Assembly: GCF_964194155.1 (NCBI RefSeq) | Contig: NC_135896.1 | Coordinates: 31,000,001-31,064,000 of the forward strand | DNA from: Cetorhinus maximus | Taxonomy: Eukaryota | Length of the DNA stretch: 64,000 nt | Direction: 5' to 3' | Shown here: positions 24,335 through 37,525 of the stretch, piece after piece | Numbering within the stretch: the stretch's first letter is position 1 | Layout: each line of letters opens with the position of its first letter | Notes under the pieces: generated by a model | The model's database searches: none | Told to the model about the DNA's origin: nothing | What the model saw: the letters and a program-made list of their open reading frames with translations, nothing else | Made by a program: the position numbers and the translations under genes

Positions 24335-27300
24335 TGTTGTAATATGGCTTTAAGGGAAGTGGGTCATGTGATCCAGCCTCAGTTTCATTTCGGCCTGGAG
24401 CAGAACACAACAGACACAGCCCTACTCCTGATGTCTTCAATTTTTCTATCCATGTACATACAATCACATGTGCCTAGAATGAATAAATTAACCCACAGCG
24501 TGTTTGCACAAACTCTTATGAGCAATTGGTGCCTTTACATCACTATAACACACACAACATGGCGTGCGGCAGTGATTCCCTCTAAACTACATGGTAAACA
24601 GCTTTAGGTCATGCTACATGGCATGAGACGCCCCTCAAAGTTTTGGTCAGACTGCAACAAAGCCACAGCATCAGAGAATGTTGAAACCACAGCGCAGAAA
24701 TGTTTTGAAGACACAGTGCTCAAATAAAAAGCTGGTAAGCAGATGTGGTGAGTGGGACAGCGCGTCGAGAGGACCAGTACTGGGTTAGCTCAGCTGGGAT
24801 AGGTGATTGACCAGGGTGTGGGCTAGGTTGATAGCAAGCTAGGGAGAGTCAAGCAAAAAAAAACTCATAAAAATCGGGCCTGAGGAGGTTGTGAATGTAA
24901 CAAGCGGAGCTTCGGAAAAGCATGTGAAAGTGGCTAAAGTGACACTCATCCCAGGTGTTATAGGAGAAGGAAGGTCAAAGGGATACTGTCAAAATTTCCA
25001 CAAAATTCCCAATTTTGAATTGGGATGCAGCTGACCTACCATCCAAATTCAAAATGTCCAAACAATGTACAGAGCTGTGGTTTCTTGATTCAGGTGTGTC
25101 TGAACTAGAAAAGCAAACCATGAAAATTGACCTTGCAATTGGGAATGAAGGTCTACACAGGCTGGACACATCAGGATTAACAGCAGAAGAACTAAAGGAT
25201 CTGCAAAAGTTTGGACGACATTGGAAGACCAGTTCAGTATCAGGTTAAACTTCCGTATTCATCGAGTAAATATCGTGTCATTTCGACCACACAGAATCCA
25301 TGGACCACTTCAGCAGCAGATGCAGAGAAAAGGGTACATACTGTGATTTTCAAATGCAGAGTTAGCAGACAGAATTGTTGAGTTGATGATCGCATCCATT
25401 CCCATGGAAATGTTCCAGAATAATCTGCTAGACATGCCCAAAATGTATAGCATCGAAGAGCTACTCAAGGATGGACGTAAGTATGAAACGATCCTCGCAG
25501 GTCGATGAAGTTTACAGATCCTAAGTATAATCCCAATTGTTGACGCACTAACACAGCCAAACCTAGCAAAACATGTGGGAAGTGTGGCCTCATGCATTCA
25601 CCAAGGAAATGCCCAGCTTTCCATCAACTTTGCAAGGCATGTGGCAGTAAGGGCCACTGGCAGTGGCAGTGCACTAGAGCAAAGATTGATGCAGCTACAA
25701 AGAGCCGTGCACTGATCCAGACAGACCGTACAAAACGGGTACCTTCAAGCAATATAAATTACCATCAGTATCCCGTCAGAAACACATACATGAGGTGATC
25801 GACAAACCAGAAAATGACAATGACGTGCATGACGAGACGAAGAGCAGTGAACGTGCTTCTCACCGTCAATCTCGTGGAAAACGGATGCCATCACACTGCC
25901 AGAAGTGATTGCCAAGATTAAAGTTATCTGTCCTAAGAAAGTTGGTAAATACTCACTATTGGCCAAGGATTACACAGGCTCAAGTGCCAACAACCTACCC
26001 CTGCGAATTCTCAAAGACATGTATCCACAGACATGGAAGGCCATGGCAAAACCTACTGCTGTGTAACTTTCAGTGTACAACAGTTCACCAATTTCATGTG
26101 CAGGATCCACAGTCCTGGAGTACAATCAATCATACTGGATCTCAGAGATGTTCTACATCATGGAGACTAAAGGCCCAGCAATCGCAGGTATACTGGCATG
26201 CCGCAACCTCACACTATAACAATACATGCAATCAGTCTGACCTCACATGGCAGATCAACCTCAGAAACTACCCATATCACCTCAGTTCATGACCTAACAT
26301 CAAAATACCCAGAACGTTTTGTCAAAATTGGCAGTTTCAAGGGAGCTACAACATTATGCTTGTAGGAGAATGCAAGTCTGTCAACTGGTCTGGTACACTT
26401 TGCGCAATGCAAATGCCAGCAGCTACAAGAAGAAATGTCGAAAGATTCCACATTACAGAAACTATGAAAAACCATCATCGAAGAGGGGCCTGATTCAATT
26501 CAGCATGTCCACAAACATGCAAGACCATTTTGGCCTTACAGGGACGAACTCGGCATCTCCCGGGGAGTCATTTTTAAAGGCAGACAGATCATCGTACAGA
26601 AATCTTTGCAACCTGATATTCTTCAACAACTTCATCGCTCACACATGGGCAAAAATCAGACAAGAGGGCTTGCAAGAGAGACAGTCTATTGGCTGGATAT
26701 GAACAATGACATTGAAATTGTTGTCAAGAAGTGCAAGGTATGTCAAGAGCATATGCCAAGTCAGCACAAAGAATCATTGATTCCGCATGAAGTTCCTACC
26801 CATCCTTTGTCCAAAATCATATCAAATCTCTTTCATTCCATGGCACTGACTTCATCATCATCATCAACTACTTTACCAAATACCCCACTATTCGACAATT
26901 GCACAATACATCAAGCGCATCTGCTGTGCACACTCTAAGTGCTATTTAAGTTTATTTGGTGTGCCTAGAGAGATCATTGCGGATAATGGTCCATAATTTA
27001 TTGGTAAGCCATTTCAGGATACGTGTGAGAAGTGGAACATCAATCACACTACTTCTTCTCCTCATTATCCTAGATCTAACAGCCTAGCTGAATGAATGAT
27101 TCATACAGTGAAATCCCTAATTATCAAATGTAGACAGACCAAGCAAGATCTATACATTGCATTGTTACATCTGCAAGCTACACATATAAGTGCAACTATT
27201 CCATCATCAGCAGAGCTCATGTTCAACAGACCAGTGCATACCAATTTACCAACTCTTATCCACTCTACTCTCTCAGAAACTACAAAAGAACTTTAAAAAT

Positions 27301-27560
27301 TTCAAGAGAAGATGACCAACGTGCACAATAAAAATATGGGTACAAAATTGCCAAGTTTATAGTTGGGACAACAAGTTTGCATCCAGGATCCCACAGAGGT
27401 TTTGTGGCAACCAGCTGAGGTGACAAGGATTTGTTCGGAGCCAAGGTCCTATGAAATCATTACACACAAAGGCACAATGGTGAGGCATAACAGAGGACAA
27501 ATCAGAACTGGCAGCATGGACACTCAGCCTCTGCCTCGAGGCCCTTTCCAGTTTCAACCC
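24335..27560 (+). mobile_element. Decayed Ty3/Gypsy LTR retrotransposon (5' LTR, PBS, gag, protease, integrase; RT/RNase H largely deleted; no 3' LTR seen)
   Basis: LTR 24335-24559 (TGTTG...CAACA, AATAAA). Gag NWDAADLPSKFK and knuckle CPAFHQLCKACGSKGHWQWQC. Integrase LHRSHMG...ARETVYW...CKVCQ, FGVPREIIADNGP and SSPHYPRSN. Confidence 0.88.
24560..24577 (+). promoter_or_regulatory. Primer-binding site, probably tRNA-Ser
   Basis: tggcgtgcggcagtgatt directly follows the LTR end. It resembles the complement of the tRNA-Ser 3' end (TGGCGTAGTCGGCAGGATT) with small indels. Confidence 0.55.
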
Positions 27561-27889
27561 TGATATTACCATAAAGTGAATGTGCCGCATGGTCCGGCTA
27601 CCCCCAGATATGACATGGCTATCGTAAATATAGCTCACCTCTTCCCCTTTATTAACTTTTTAATGACATTGACCTTTGACCAACTGAGCACGAGTCAGGA
27701 AGAAGTGTTTAGTTTGAGGTTGCTGCAGTTAAGAAAAGGAATGAACACAGGCCCCTGCCCGTGCTTCACAGCGGTAATGCATTAAATGTAAGGCACAACT
27801 TGCTGGGCAGAAAGCAGTACCGGACAGTGGGCAGACCAGCTAAAAACTGAACCTTCTGATGTAAAACCAGACAAATGGCCACTCTACCA

Positions 27890-28070
27890 GTGAACGAGAT
27901 GAGTATTTACAACAACCTGGTAGTTTCATGCTCATTACGAATGAGCATTTTATTTCAGATTGAATCTAATTCTTTCAGCTGCGGTAGTAGGGTTTGAACT
28001 CATATCTCTGGAGCATCAATCCAGGTCTCTAGATTATTTGTCCAGTAATATTACCTGTATGCTCCCACCA
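27890..28070 (-). mobile_element. tRNA-derived SINE fragment
   Basis: gggtttgaactc (reverse B box), with a body related to 270-450. Confidence 0.5.
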
Positions 28071-28234
28071 CCCCCCTCTTTTCATTCTATTCACACCCTC
28101 ATGAGGAAAGGCTGATATCCTGGTGTGAGCATATCCATTAGAACTTTGAGCATTTCCCTAGGAACTGCTTGATCTTCTGTGGAATTGCTCATGGATTGTG
28201 GAGACTAAGTGCACAGTTCAGGTCCAGCAGAGTG

Positions 28235-28535
28235 GAGGGAGAGAGTAATTGAATTGGATTAATGAGGGGAAGGAAGCAGAGAGAAGGGCGGAGGAAGGAG
28301 TGAAGGGGCAAGAGGGTGAGAGAGAGGTGGGGAGGCAGGTGATAAGGAGGAACGGAGTGGATGGAGGTGAGGAGAAGGAGAGGGTTCAGCAGTTAAGAAA
28401 GAGATGTAGAGGTGTGGGAGAGAGCAGGGGATGGAGAGAGGAGCGGGAGAGAGGAAGGGTCATGGATGCAGGGCATGAAGAGGTGGTGGAGAGGACGAGA
28501 AGAAAGGGTGTAAGAAGAAGAGGGAGGAAGAGCAA
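28235..28535. repeat. GA-rich low-complexity tract
   Basis: Strongly purine-skewed gag/gga repeats. Confidence 0.8.
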
Positions 28536-30546
28536 TTCAGTGAAGGATGTAATGCCTATTTTAGATCTGCTCCAAGGCATTGAATTTCTCAATGGATCAT
28601 GCACTGGGACTGCTCTGTTCAGGTTTTCTGAGCATGGATGGGGCCCAGTAAATAAACGACACCAAAAAGGCAAACTGATGTTGAGCCATGAAGAGCAGGT
28701 TTTCTCCTCCTAGCTCCCACTTCTGTCATTTCCTCCTCCAGTCTATGGGAATTACCTGAGGGCAAATGCTTGGAAGGCGAATTCCCTGAAATGTGCCTGC
28801 TTCAAAAAGGCATTGGCAACTTGTTTAACTTTTTGGAGCAATGCCCAAGGCTCAATTTTGGGAAAACCTTGCATGTGCTGGTTGGGGAATGCCTTCACTT
28901 AAGGACCAAAACATGGGACATAACCAATTTTCACCTCATGGTTCGGGTTTTGGGTTATCCCCATACCTTCCCAGGTATCATTTGATCAATCCTTGTCTGA
29001 TTACACTCCTGTGAAGAGTCTTGGGACATTTTATTATGTTAAAGTCACCATATAAATGCAGGCTATTGTTGCAGCTCCAGTGACTCCATTCATTTGTATG
29101 AAATTGGTGGGAAAAATCCAAGATAAGGAAATAGTTCTTATATTAAAAAAAATAATATGCATATATTCGCTTTAAGTAGTACTGTGTACTTCAAATACTG
29201 TCCTTCCTGTAGATATCCCTTTAAGAAATGGTAAAGACTTTTGCAAGGCAGATAGGATTTTTTAAGTGGTATTTCTGATTGCTATACTTCTTTTTTCCAC
29301 ACACAGTAAAATAAAAATCTTGCTATAGTTGCACTTGTGTTGCCATCTGCACCTCAAGTGTTGATGGTGGGGAGTTCCTATGGGGCCCAGCATGAGTACA
29401 GTAGTCGGGACGCAATGATGTATTTGAAGTGTAGAAGTCACATATTCCTGTCCATACTGAGGTTCATCCAGGTTTTCTACCTCAATTTAAAACAAGCACA
29501 AATTGAGAAGGTTGATTTTTCAGTTGGTTCACCACTGGAGAGGGAATAGAAGAGTTTTTAAGACAGGAACAGCATGCTCTACTGCTTCTGCCACATGACC
29601 TGGGCATTAGTTGTGAATTTGCAGCCTATGCTATAACTAATGGGAACATGGCCAATTGTGACTTTCAGCATAAAGGAGAAAAACATTCCATCCCTCAGTG
29701 AGGCAGACAAGTCAACCTGGGCCATTCATTTTCCACAGGCCCATCAATACAGCTCTGCAGTTAACTGACAAGTAGTGCACTCAGTGGGAAAAGCCAACAC
29801 TTTTAGCTTGTCTGGTCTCCAAGATTGAGCAGACTTTTCATGTCAAGGCAGTTTAACTAGGGCCCCAGTGGAGCATTGACTAAACTTACCAGGTGAGTGC
29901 AAGTGATAGTCTAGTGGGGACTGAGTCTTTAACCATCTGGATAGGAGGCGGCTGCTCTGCCACCTGTTCCAATGGGTTATTTGACAGAATTAAAAATACT
30001 GCACTGTCTGGAGCTGTGTTAAAATTAAATGCGATGTTCTAAGTAATATTTTACACAGCCTTTCAAATTAAAACTGACTTGTCCAGCATTGCACCCTTTT
30101 TTATTTTAAAATTATTAAAACTAAAAAATGAAGATTTGATGAAGCAATAGCTAATTCCTTGCTTTATGATTCTTCACCTTAATAAAACTACAAATAAAAA
30201 TAACTGAATAGATTATTTCTGAAATCATTATTCAATTATTATTAAATTATTAATCCAATAATCCAAAGAACGTAAGCAATAAACAAATATATCTCCCGTG
30301 GTGTTGTCCAGGGATGGGCCAAAGATTGGAGTCCAATTTCTGATGCTTTCCAGTCACACTGAAGACTAAGTATGACAGTGTTTCACCTATTCCTGTATTG
30401 AAACAATATATTACAGGCAAAGCTGGATTTAAAGGCACAAGGGCTGCCCAAATGTTTAATGAATTCAATTTCCAATATCTGTAGAACAAAGCAACACTCC
30501 TGCAATGGGTGTGAGTCGACCTTGATGGCATGGTCAGTTGTGATAC

Positions 30547-30585
30547 CATAAGACATAGGAGCAGAAATTAGGCCATTCGGCCCAT
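30547..30585 (-). mobile_element. Very short CR1 3' tail insertion
   Basis: cataagacataggagcagaaattaggccattcggcccatc, flanked by gatac on both sides. Confidence 0.6.
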
Positions 30586-30999
30586 CGATACATGGAAAGC
30601 AATCTGCAAAGGGAATCAGTCAAGTCACTTTGAAGTAACATTACGTACTAGCTAAATAGATGGATTTGCCTCTCCCTCTATAAAGGCAGGCTGATCTCAG
30701 AAAGCAGTGACAACAGAGATACAGAGTGGAATTTTCCCGGGTTTGCATTAAGTGCGGTAGCGGGCGAGTAAAACGATGTTTTACCCACTGGCAGCGATGG
30801 CAGGTTTTTACGCCATATTGTCCCAAACCTGCCTCATTATTTATGCATTTCCAGGAAATACGCCGTTTCCAAGGTGCGCAGGCTCTCATTCGCCCTCCCG
30901 CCAGCACCCGGCCATTGCATCCCACCAGCCGCCATGTTTAAAAGGCAGCCGCCAGCGCACTGTTCATCGCTACCAGCTCACCACCGCCGCCCAGGAGAC

Positions 31000-32162
31000 A
31001 TGGCCAGCAAAGGAAAAAACACTGCAGCCCCCTAGTTTTGATGAGGGACCCCTCGAGCGACTGTTGGATGCTGTGGAGGCCGCCGGGATGTCCTCTGCCC
31101 TGACTCTGGATGCAGGATGGACAGCAATGCGACCAATCTGGCTTGGGAGGCGGTGGCATTGGTGGTCAGTACCAGCTCCTTTCAGAAGAGGACAGCTGCC
31201 CAGTGCCGCAAGAGGATGAATGATCTCCTCCGTTTCACCAGGCTCAACATCAGCTTGCGTTTTTGGCCCCGTTCATTTACTGGGCCCTGTCCATGCTCAG
31301 AAAACTTGAACAGAGCAGTCCCAGTGCATGACCCATTCAGAGAAACTCAATGGCTTGGAGCATATCTAAAACAGGCATTACACTCTTTCATCTGATGCAC
31401 AACAGAGGGCGGCAGGGACTTACCAGGCCCCCGGCGTTTGGAGGGCCGCTGGAGGCCAGGACCCTATTGGGTCCGAGTCAGGTGATGAGCCTCTAGACTC
31501 GGTCATGTCACAGTTGCTGGAGCTGCAAAGGCAAGCCCGGGAACATCAGGAAGGGACATCCGCTGCACTCCTCACATTACAAGGCATGATGGAGGAGCCT
31601 ATCCGTCTTCAGGCGGAGGTGATAGCGCTGGTTTTGCAACGCATCGAGGTCAACACTGGCAGGATGGAGGCCGCCATGGAGATCTTGGTCCAGGACGTCG
31701 CTCCTACACTGCTGCGCAGGTTCAACTCCATCACTGATGCCATAGTGGGCCTCTAACAGTATGTACATGAGAGGGGTGCGGGACAGCTTGATCTCACTCC
31801 TGCTACTCCTTCCCCTCACGGAGTCAGCCAGGGGCCCTCGGGCACCCACAGGGAGGAGGATCAGCATGTCCACACCCTAGGGTCATCCACCAAGGTGACT
31901 CTGGGAGTGTCCGGCCCCATCTGAATCCTCTCTTCCTGTGACCTCCGCAGCTCCAGCTCCACAGGCCGAGGAGGGTGCCACTACTACACAACAGGACCCC
32001 GAATGCAGGCCGGGGCCCTCTAAGTCTCAGCCCTCCAGAGGACGCCCACCATGGTCATCACAGACAGGGCATCACAGTCAGCAGGCTGCCTCTACCTCCG
32101 CTGTGGATGTCCAGGGAGCACCAAGATGTAATGGCAGGGTTAGGGCAGTTAAGGAAAAGTAG
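31000..32162 (+). pseudogene. Harbinger Myb/SANT-like gene (A2), with internal deletion and replacement
   Basis: WEAVALVVSTSSFQKRTAAQCRKRMNDL and MSQLLELQRQAREHQ. The stop at 32162 is equivalent to that of A1. Confidence 0.8.
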
Positions 32163-32885
32163 TTGCACAGCCTGGGCACGGGTGTTGGTCACTTCTACAT
32201 ATTGTTCACTATTGTCAATAAACACCTAAGAATGTTTCCTTGCCTGTGGCTCCTTGTTCAGATGAGCAGTGTTCTTGTCACTCACATGTGAAACTTTTCT
32301 GCACAAGATAAAGGCAGGTGTCTCAGTCCAGGGCCTCTCCCCTGTGCTCTGTGCAGCCTTCAGACCAAAGTGATGGTCCGGCCTCACACTCCCTGGAAAC
32401 ATTATTGATGCCTACACCTTGGCAGTGCTGGTCATTGCTGCCAGAATATAGTGGGCAGGCGCCACAGAGTTCTCGCATTCTCACTATCTGCTCTCAGGAC
32501 ATTTAACGTGGGGCTGGCTCCCATCACACCAGTGTCTGCAACCAGTGATGCTGTGCACCATCTCCTGAAGGGCTCAGGTGCTGAAGGCGGACACAGCATC
32601 AGGTGCATCTAAATTTTCATGGCTGCGTCTCTGAGATGGCCCTGGTCATGGAGCGCAAGCGAGCTGCCCTCAGCCAGACAGGAGTCAGATATTCACAGAG
32701 GCTATGTGAAGATTCATGGAGTGTCCTCACTGCATGTTGTCATCATCCTCCTGCAATTGAGCGAGTATTAGGGCCTCCACTGCTTCTCCATGACAGGAGC
32801 ATTCTCACAGAGGGTATTCGTGCTGCGATAAGCCAGACTGGAGTCAAACATTCACAAGTGTGCTGTGAGGATCTATGAGGTCACC

Positions 32886-34135
32886 TCACTGCATGTTGTC
32901 ATCATCCTCCACAAATCTAGCAGCAATGAGGGCTTCCTGAGCGCGCCTGCCCCATCTAGCCAGTGTGAGAGCCTCATCCCTGTCATTGTCACCACCAAGG
33001 GCGTCCTCACCCTCATCCCCACTGCCGTCCTCCTCATTGGAGGAGACATGCAGCTCCTCCATCTCCTCCTCAGCCAGCTCCTCTCCCAGTTGGAGCACCA
33101 GGTGGTAAAGAGCACAGCAGAAGAGGATGATGTGCGACACCCTCTGTGGACTGTATTGCAGGGCTCCACCAGACCATTCCAGGCACCAGACCCTCATCTT
33201 CAGCATCCCGATGATCTACTCCACCAAGAAACGAGCTGCAGCATTAGCCTCATTATACCATTGCTCTGCTGCAGTCTGAGGCCATCACATGAGTGTCATC
33301 AACCATAGCCTCTGCTGGTAGCCCTTGTGCCCGAGGAACCATCCCTGCAGCCTCTGTGGGGCTTCCTGGAAGACTGCAGGGATCTGCGAGCGACTGAGGA
33401 TGTACGCGTCATACACTCCCTAGAAACCGTGCGCACACCTGCAGGATGTGCTTCTGGTTGTCGCATACCAGCTGCATGTTCAGTGAGTGGAAGCCATTGC
33501 GGTTGATGTAGTCCATATTGTGTAGCAACGGAGTCCTGAACACTACATGGGTGCAGTCAATTGCACCCTGCACCTGTGGGAATCCCGAGATTTGGGCGAA
33601 TCCAATGGCCCATGCATCCTGGCTGTCCCGGTCCCGGGCGAAATGCACAAAGTTGTGTGCCATGGAGAAGATGGCATCCGTGATCTCATGGGTGCATTTG
33701 TGGATGGCAGATTGTGAGATCCCACAGAGGTCACCTGTGGAGCCCTGAAAGGAGCCACTGGCATAGAAATTCAGCGCCGCAGTCACTTTCACAGCCATTG
33801 GCAGTGGATGCCCTCCATGTCCCCTTGGCACCAAGTCCTGCAGTAAGTGACAGTTATGAGCGGCTAGTTCCTTAGAATGCGCAGTCCTCAGCGACACTAG
33901 CTCTCAGTCAACTGCAGGAATGGCAGGCAGTCTCTTTAGACCCTGGGTGTCACTAGGCGCCAACCGGCCACGGCTCGCTGTCACTTCTGGGCAGTGTGTG
34001 CAGGAGCCCCTGCTGCCCCTTCTTCCTGAGGTTGCTGCTCATGCCTTTGCGTGGCCAGGAACCTGAGTCGCTCTCTCCTCCGTTGTCTTCACTCCCTGTA
34101 GACCATCAGGCATACAGCTAGGTCACCAGGATCCG
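32886..34135 (-). pseudogene. HARBI1-like transposase (A2), disrupted
   Basis: ORF 33409-33897: GFPQVQGAIDCTHV, NRNGFHSLNMQLVCD. ORF 32886-33206: LKMRVWCL..SGGALQYSPQRV..IILFCCALYHL. Confidence 0.92.
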
Positions 34136-35602
34136 AGATCCTGACGTGGTCCTCCTGCAGCATGAAAGAGAGAGAGACGTGGTTATCATGGCTGTACTTA
34201 GCACCTTTCCTGGCCCTGTGTGATCGCCCCTTAACGCTTCCCGGGAAGTGCTAGCCATCCCTCGGATGGCCACAGATGAGTGCGCTGCATGGCTGCCCTG
34301 ACATGGGAGAGACACAGCTCCTAATCAGGATGCTGAGATTGCGAGGGGCTGTGAGCTCCTCCAGCAGTGACTGCTACAAGGCCAGTGTTGGCGAGGAGAT
34401 TGTACAACTTGTGCGTCAAACTGTTGCACGGTCCAGTAAAGTGGTCGCAGACTCGCAGTCTGGGCCGGGGTGGCGGGGGGCAAGGTCTGGAGGGCTTGCT
34501 GGCACATGGGTGCCTCCGCGTTGCTTGCGTGGGCAGCCAGGGCTAGGAGCCTGACCCCAATCATATCAAGGTGGCTGCGCCTGAACTGTCTCAGTTGCAG
34601 AGGAATGGTCAGTTTATACAGGTGTCCCTAATGCATGGCCACTCCCCTCGCTTACCCTGCCCCCCCACCTTGATTGCTTGTGCATGGGATCCAAAACCAA
34701 GGCAGCAGTTACCTCCGAACACCCCACCCCACGTACAGTTACCCCTGGGGCCAGGCAGCAGGCAGCAGTTGCACTGGGCACCAACCCCCCGAAAATAGTC
34801 GCCTCTGTGGCAGGGTAGCAGTTGCCCCCGGACACCACTCCCCCCATCATGAAAACAGTCGCCTCTGGGGCAGGGTGGCACTTCACCCAGGCCCCCAGGC
34901 GCCCCTGAAGCCTGCAACCAACAGGCGACCCTGGCAAGCTGTGCAAAACGATGCTGTTCACTCGCCTCAGTTTCCCCAAAGTGAAGGCCGCCAAGTGTAC
35001 ATTGCCTGTGTGCTATTGTGAAGCACATTGACGTGCCTTCCTGCCAATGTGGATGGACAATCTGGCGGGGGTCCAGACGCTGGAGGGATGGCCTTTTAAT
35101 AAAATGCTAATGTATTACAATGAGCTTCCTACCAACCGTTGATCGGAAACATGGCCCGCCATCAGCGGGCTGAGCGGACAATCACGACCTGCTTTCCCGC
35201 TTAACCAGATCGCGCCATCCTGTCCGCGCTCGGCACCTATCACACCCGCTGCTAGCGGGCATGGAAAATTCCGCCTACAGTGACAAGTTCCCATTAAGCT
35301 AATTTTCTTGCCCAATGCATCATTCAGCATTTAGTTCCCAGATATATGGGAGAGGAAACAAGGCAGGAAAATATAATGGTTGGTACCTGCTCCCTTTTAC
35401 ATTACTCAAGAATTTCTGATGATTCCTGAGGAGGGAGCTAGCAAAGAGCAGACATTTTGATGAAGGGGATGTTGCATACACCAGCCCTGGTGCCTCACTT
35501 CTGCCCTACACCTTCAGTGCTTGAAGGGTGCCATTTTGAGGGACCACCCAAAACCGTGGGCCTTAGTCACCTATACCCAGTCCCTCTCCAGGTGACAGGA
35601 CC

Positions 35603-35895
35603 TGTTGTATAAAAGGTTAACGTTAAATATGCAAATATATGTTCTACATTATCAATGATGTAAGATCACACAACATGAAAAGAGATAGTTCTATGTAGAG
35701 TCTCGTGCTGAGTCTGTATTATACGTAGTTGGTATAATGTTCATGATAAAAGGTAATGTTTACTAATGGCCTTGCCTCCAGCATTATCTGTGAACATTCA
35801 AATTTTTTTAATTCATGGGATGTGGACATCGCTAGCTAGGCCAGCATTTATTGCTTGTACCTAATTATCTAATAAGCTTCACAATGATGATAACA
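35603..35895 (+). mobile_element. Solo LTR with a short LINE/SINE tail inserted at about 35800-35866
   Basis: TGTTG...TAACA termini and a perfect 4-bp TSD gacc. Homologous to 3116-3353. Confidence 0.75.
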
Positions 35896-36195
35896 GACCA
35901 CCAAAAATGTAAATCCTTTTTTATATCAGGACAATGGGATTAGAGATGAAGCTTCTGTGTTTGGACCACAATTAGATGGCCTTGAAATTGATAACTATTA
36001 GCACTGCTGCAGCTCACTTGGGCCAACAGAGAAGGCCTGCATGTGGGGAATGTTATAAAAACCTAGTTCATGGCTCATAGTAATATTTTAGAGGTAAATT
36101 TTAGTTCTGGGAAGATTAAAGGCTCACTGTAGAAAATGGGATAAATAGTCATTTGATAGTGTAGAACTTGAGTACTGCTAAAAAAAGAAACATGT

Positions 36196-36229
36196 TGTCA
36201 AAGCTTTTTGTCTTGTACTCATCAGGACA
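36196..36229 (-). ncRNA. Minimal hammerhead ribozyme motif (mutated G12)
   Basis: The reverse complement reads tgtc-CTGATGA-gt(acaag)ac-AAAA-agct-tt-gaca. Confidence 0.6.
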
Positions 36230-36612
36230 GATTACACTACCAACAGTAAAGGGAACAACAATTTATACTCTGATTGGTAGAGGCATTGCCACAAAGAAAC
36301 AATTAACTGTCAAGCTACTCTTCAGATTTAAATCAGGCAGGTCGATTCTGATTGGTCAAGGAATTACCATGATGAATGAGCCATGTAATAGGTGACTCCA
36401 AGCTTTTGTTTAGTTGAAAAAGGCACAATGGGTGGACATGTTCCCTCTGCCTACAAAGGACAGGGCCCTGTGTGTGAATATATGTGTCTTCTAGCACGCA
36501 TAAGTGAGCCACGCTGCATCTGACTCTACCAGAGTCAACTTGCCAACCAATCAGCATTCTCTGCTCATGCAGTATAAATTGTTGTTCTCTTTACTGTTGG
36601 TAATCTTGTGAT

Positions 36613-36648
36613 CTATCCTGATGAGTGCAAGATGAAAACTTTAGACAG
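36613..36648 (+). ncRNA. Minimal hammerhead ribozyme motif
   Basis: ctatc-CTGATGA-gt(gcaag)at-GAAA-act-tta-gacag. Confidence 0.65.
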
Positions 36649-37014
36649 CATGTCTCTTTTTTCAGCAAAATGGGATAAATGCAACTAAAGCAACTTGAAA
36701 ACTATTACACTTAAAAGGTTGGGGCCATGTTGACTTAAGGAGTTAACAGCTGGAAAGGTAAGATCATAAAACAGCAGATGTGCTTACTTAGCCGGAGAAA
36801 TGGAGACAAGATGTCTACACTGCTTACAAAGAAATGCAGCCCAGGAAGTTGCTTTGATTAGGGAGTTAGAGCTACAATTAATTTAAAAGTATGCAGCGAG
36901 TCCTGGAAGGCTACACTGTCATGGAGATGGGCAAAGCCTAAGAAAATTCTAGGGTTTCAATTTATCTGTGTGTTTGCTGGAGTGAGTGTTCTGCAGCAGA
37001 AGAAAAGGCCATAT

Positions 37015-37525
37015 AAACATACTAACATACGAATCAGGAGTAAGCCACTTGGCCCCTCAACCCTGCTCTGCCGTTCAATAAGATCATGGCTGATCTGATT
37101 ATAACCTTGGTAACCTTTCACCCCTTTGCTTATCAAGAATCTATTTATTTCTGCCTTAAAAATATTCAAAGACTCTGCTTCCACTGCCTTTTGAGGTAGA
37201 GTTCCAAAGACTCGTGACCCTTTGAGAGAAAAAAATTCTCCTCATCTCTGTCTTAAATGAGTGACCCCTTATTTTTAAGCAGTGACCTCCTAGTTCCAGA
37301 TTCTCCCACAAGAGGAGACATCCTTTCCACATCCACCGTGTCAAGACCACTCAGGATCTTATAGGTTTCAATCAAGTCACCTCTTACTCTTCTAAACTCC
37401 AGTGGGTACAAGCCTAGCCTGTCCAATCATTCCATATAAATCAACATGCCCATCCCTGGTCTTGTAAACCTTCTCTGAACTGCTTCTAATGCATTTACAT
37501 CCTTCCTTAAATAAGGAGACAATAC
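37015..37525 (-). mobile_element. CR1 3' fragment
   Basis: ORFs GHCLKIRGHSFKTEMRRIFFSQRV and EAESLNIFKAEINRFL. Confidence 0.85.

Larger units (their letters stand above)
30724..35276. mobile_element. PIF/Harbinger DNA transposon copy A2
   Basis: TIRs gagtggaattttcc / ggaaaattccgcct and a perfect 3-bp TSD aca (30721-30723 and 35277-35279). Collinear with A1. Confidence 0.93.
36147..36666 (-). mobile_element. Penelope-like 3' fragment with an inverted pseudo-LTR
   Basis: 14-bp TSD aaaatgggataaat (36133-36146 and 36667-36680). Minus-strand ORF AHLCVLEDTYIHTQGPVLCRQREHV. The ends are inverted repeats. Same family as 3354-4146. Confidence 0.85.

Noticed and set aside
28249-28713. Glu/Arg-rich 154-aa ORF
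   Set aside because: Translation of a GA-rich low-complexity tract.
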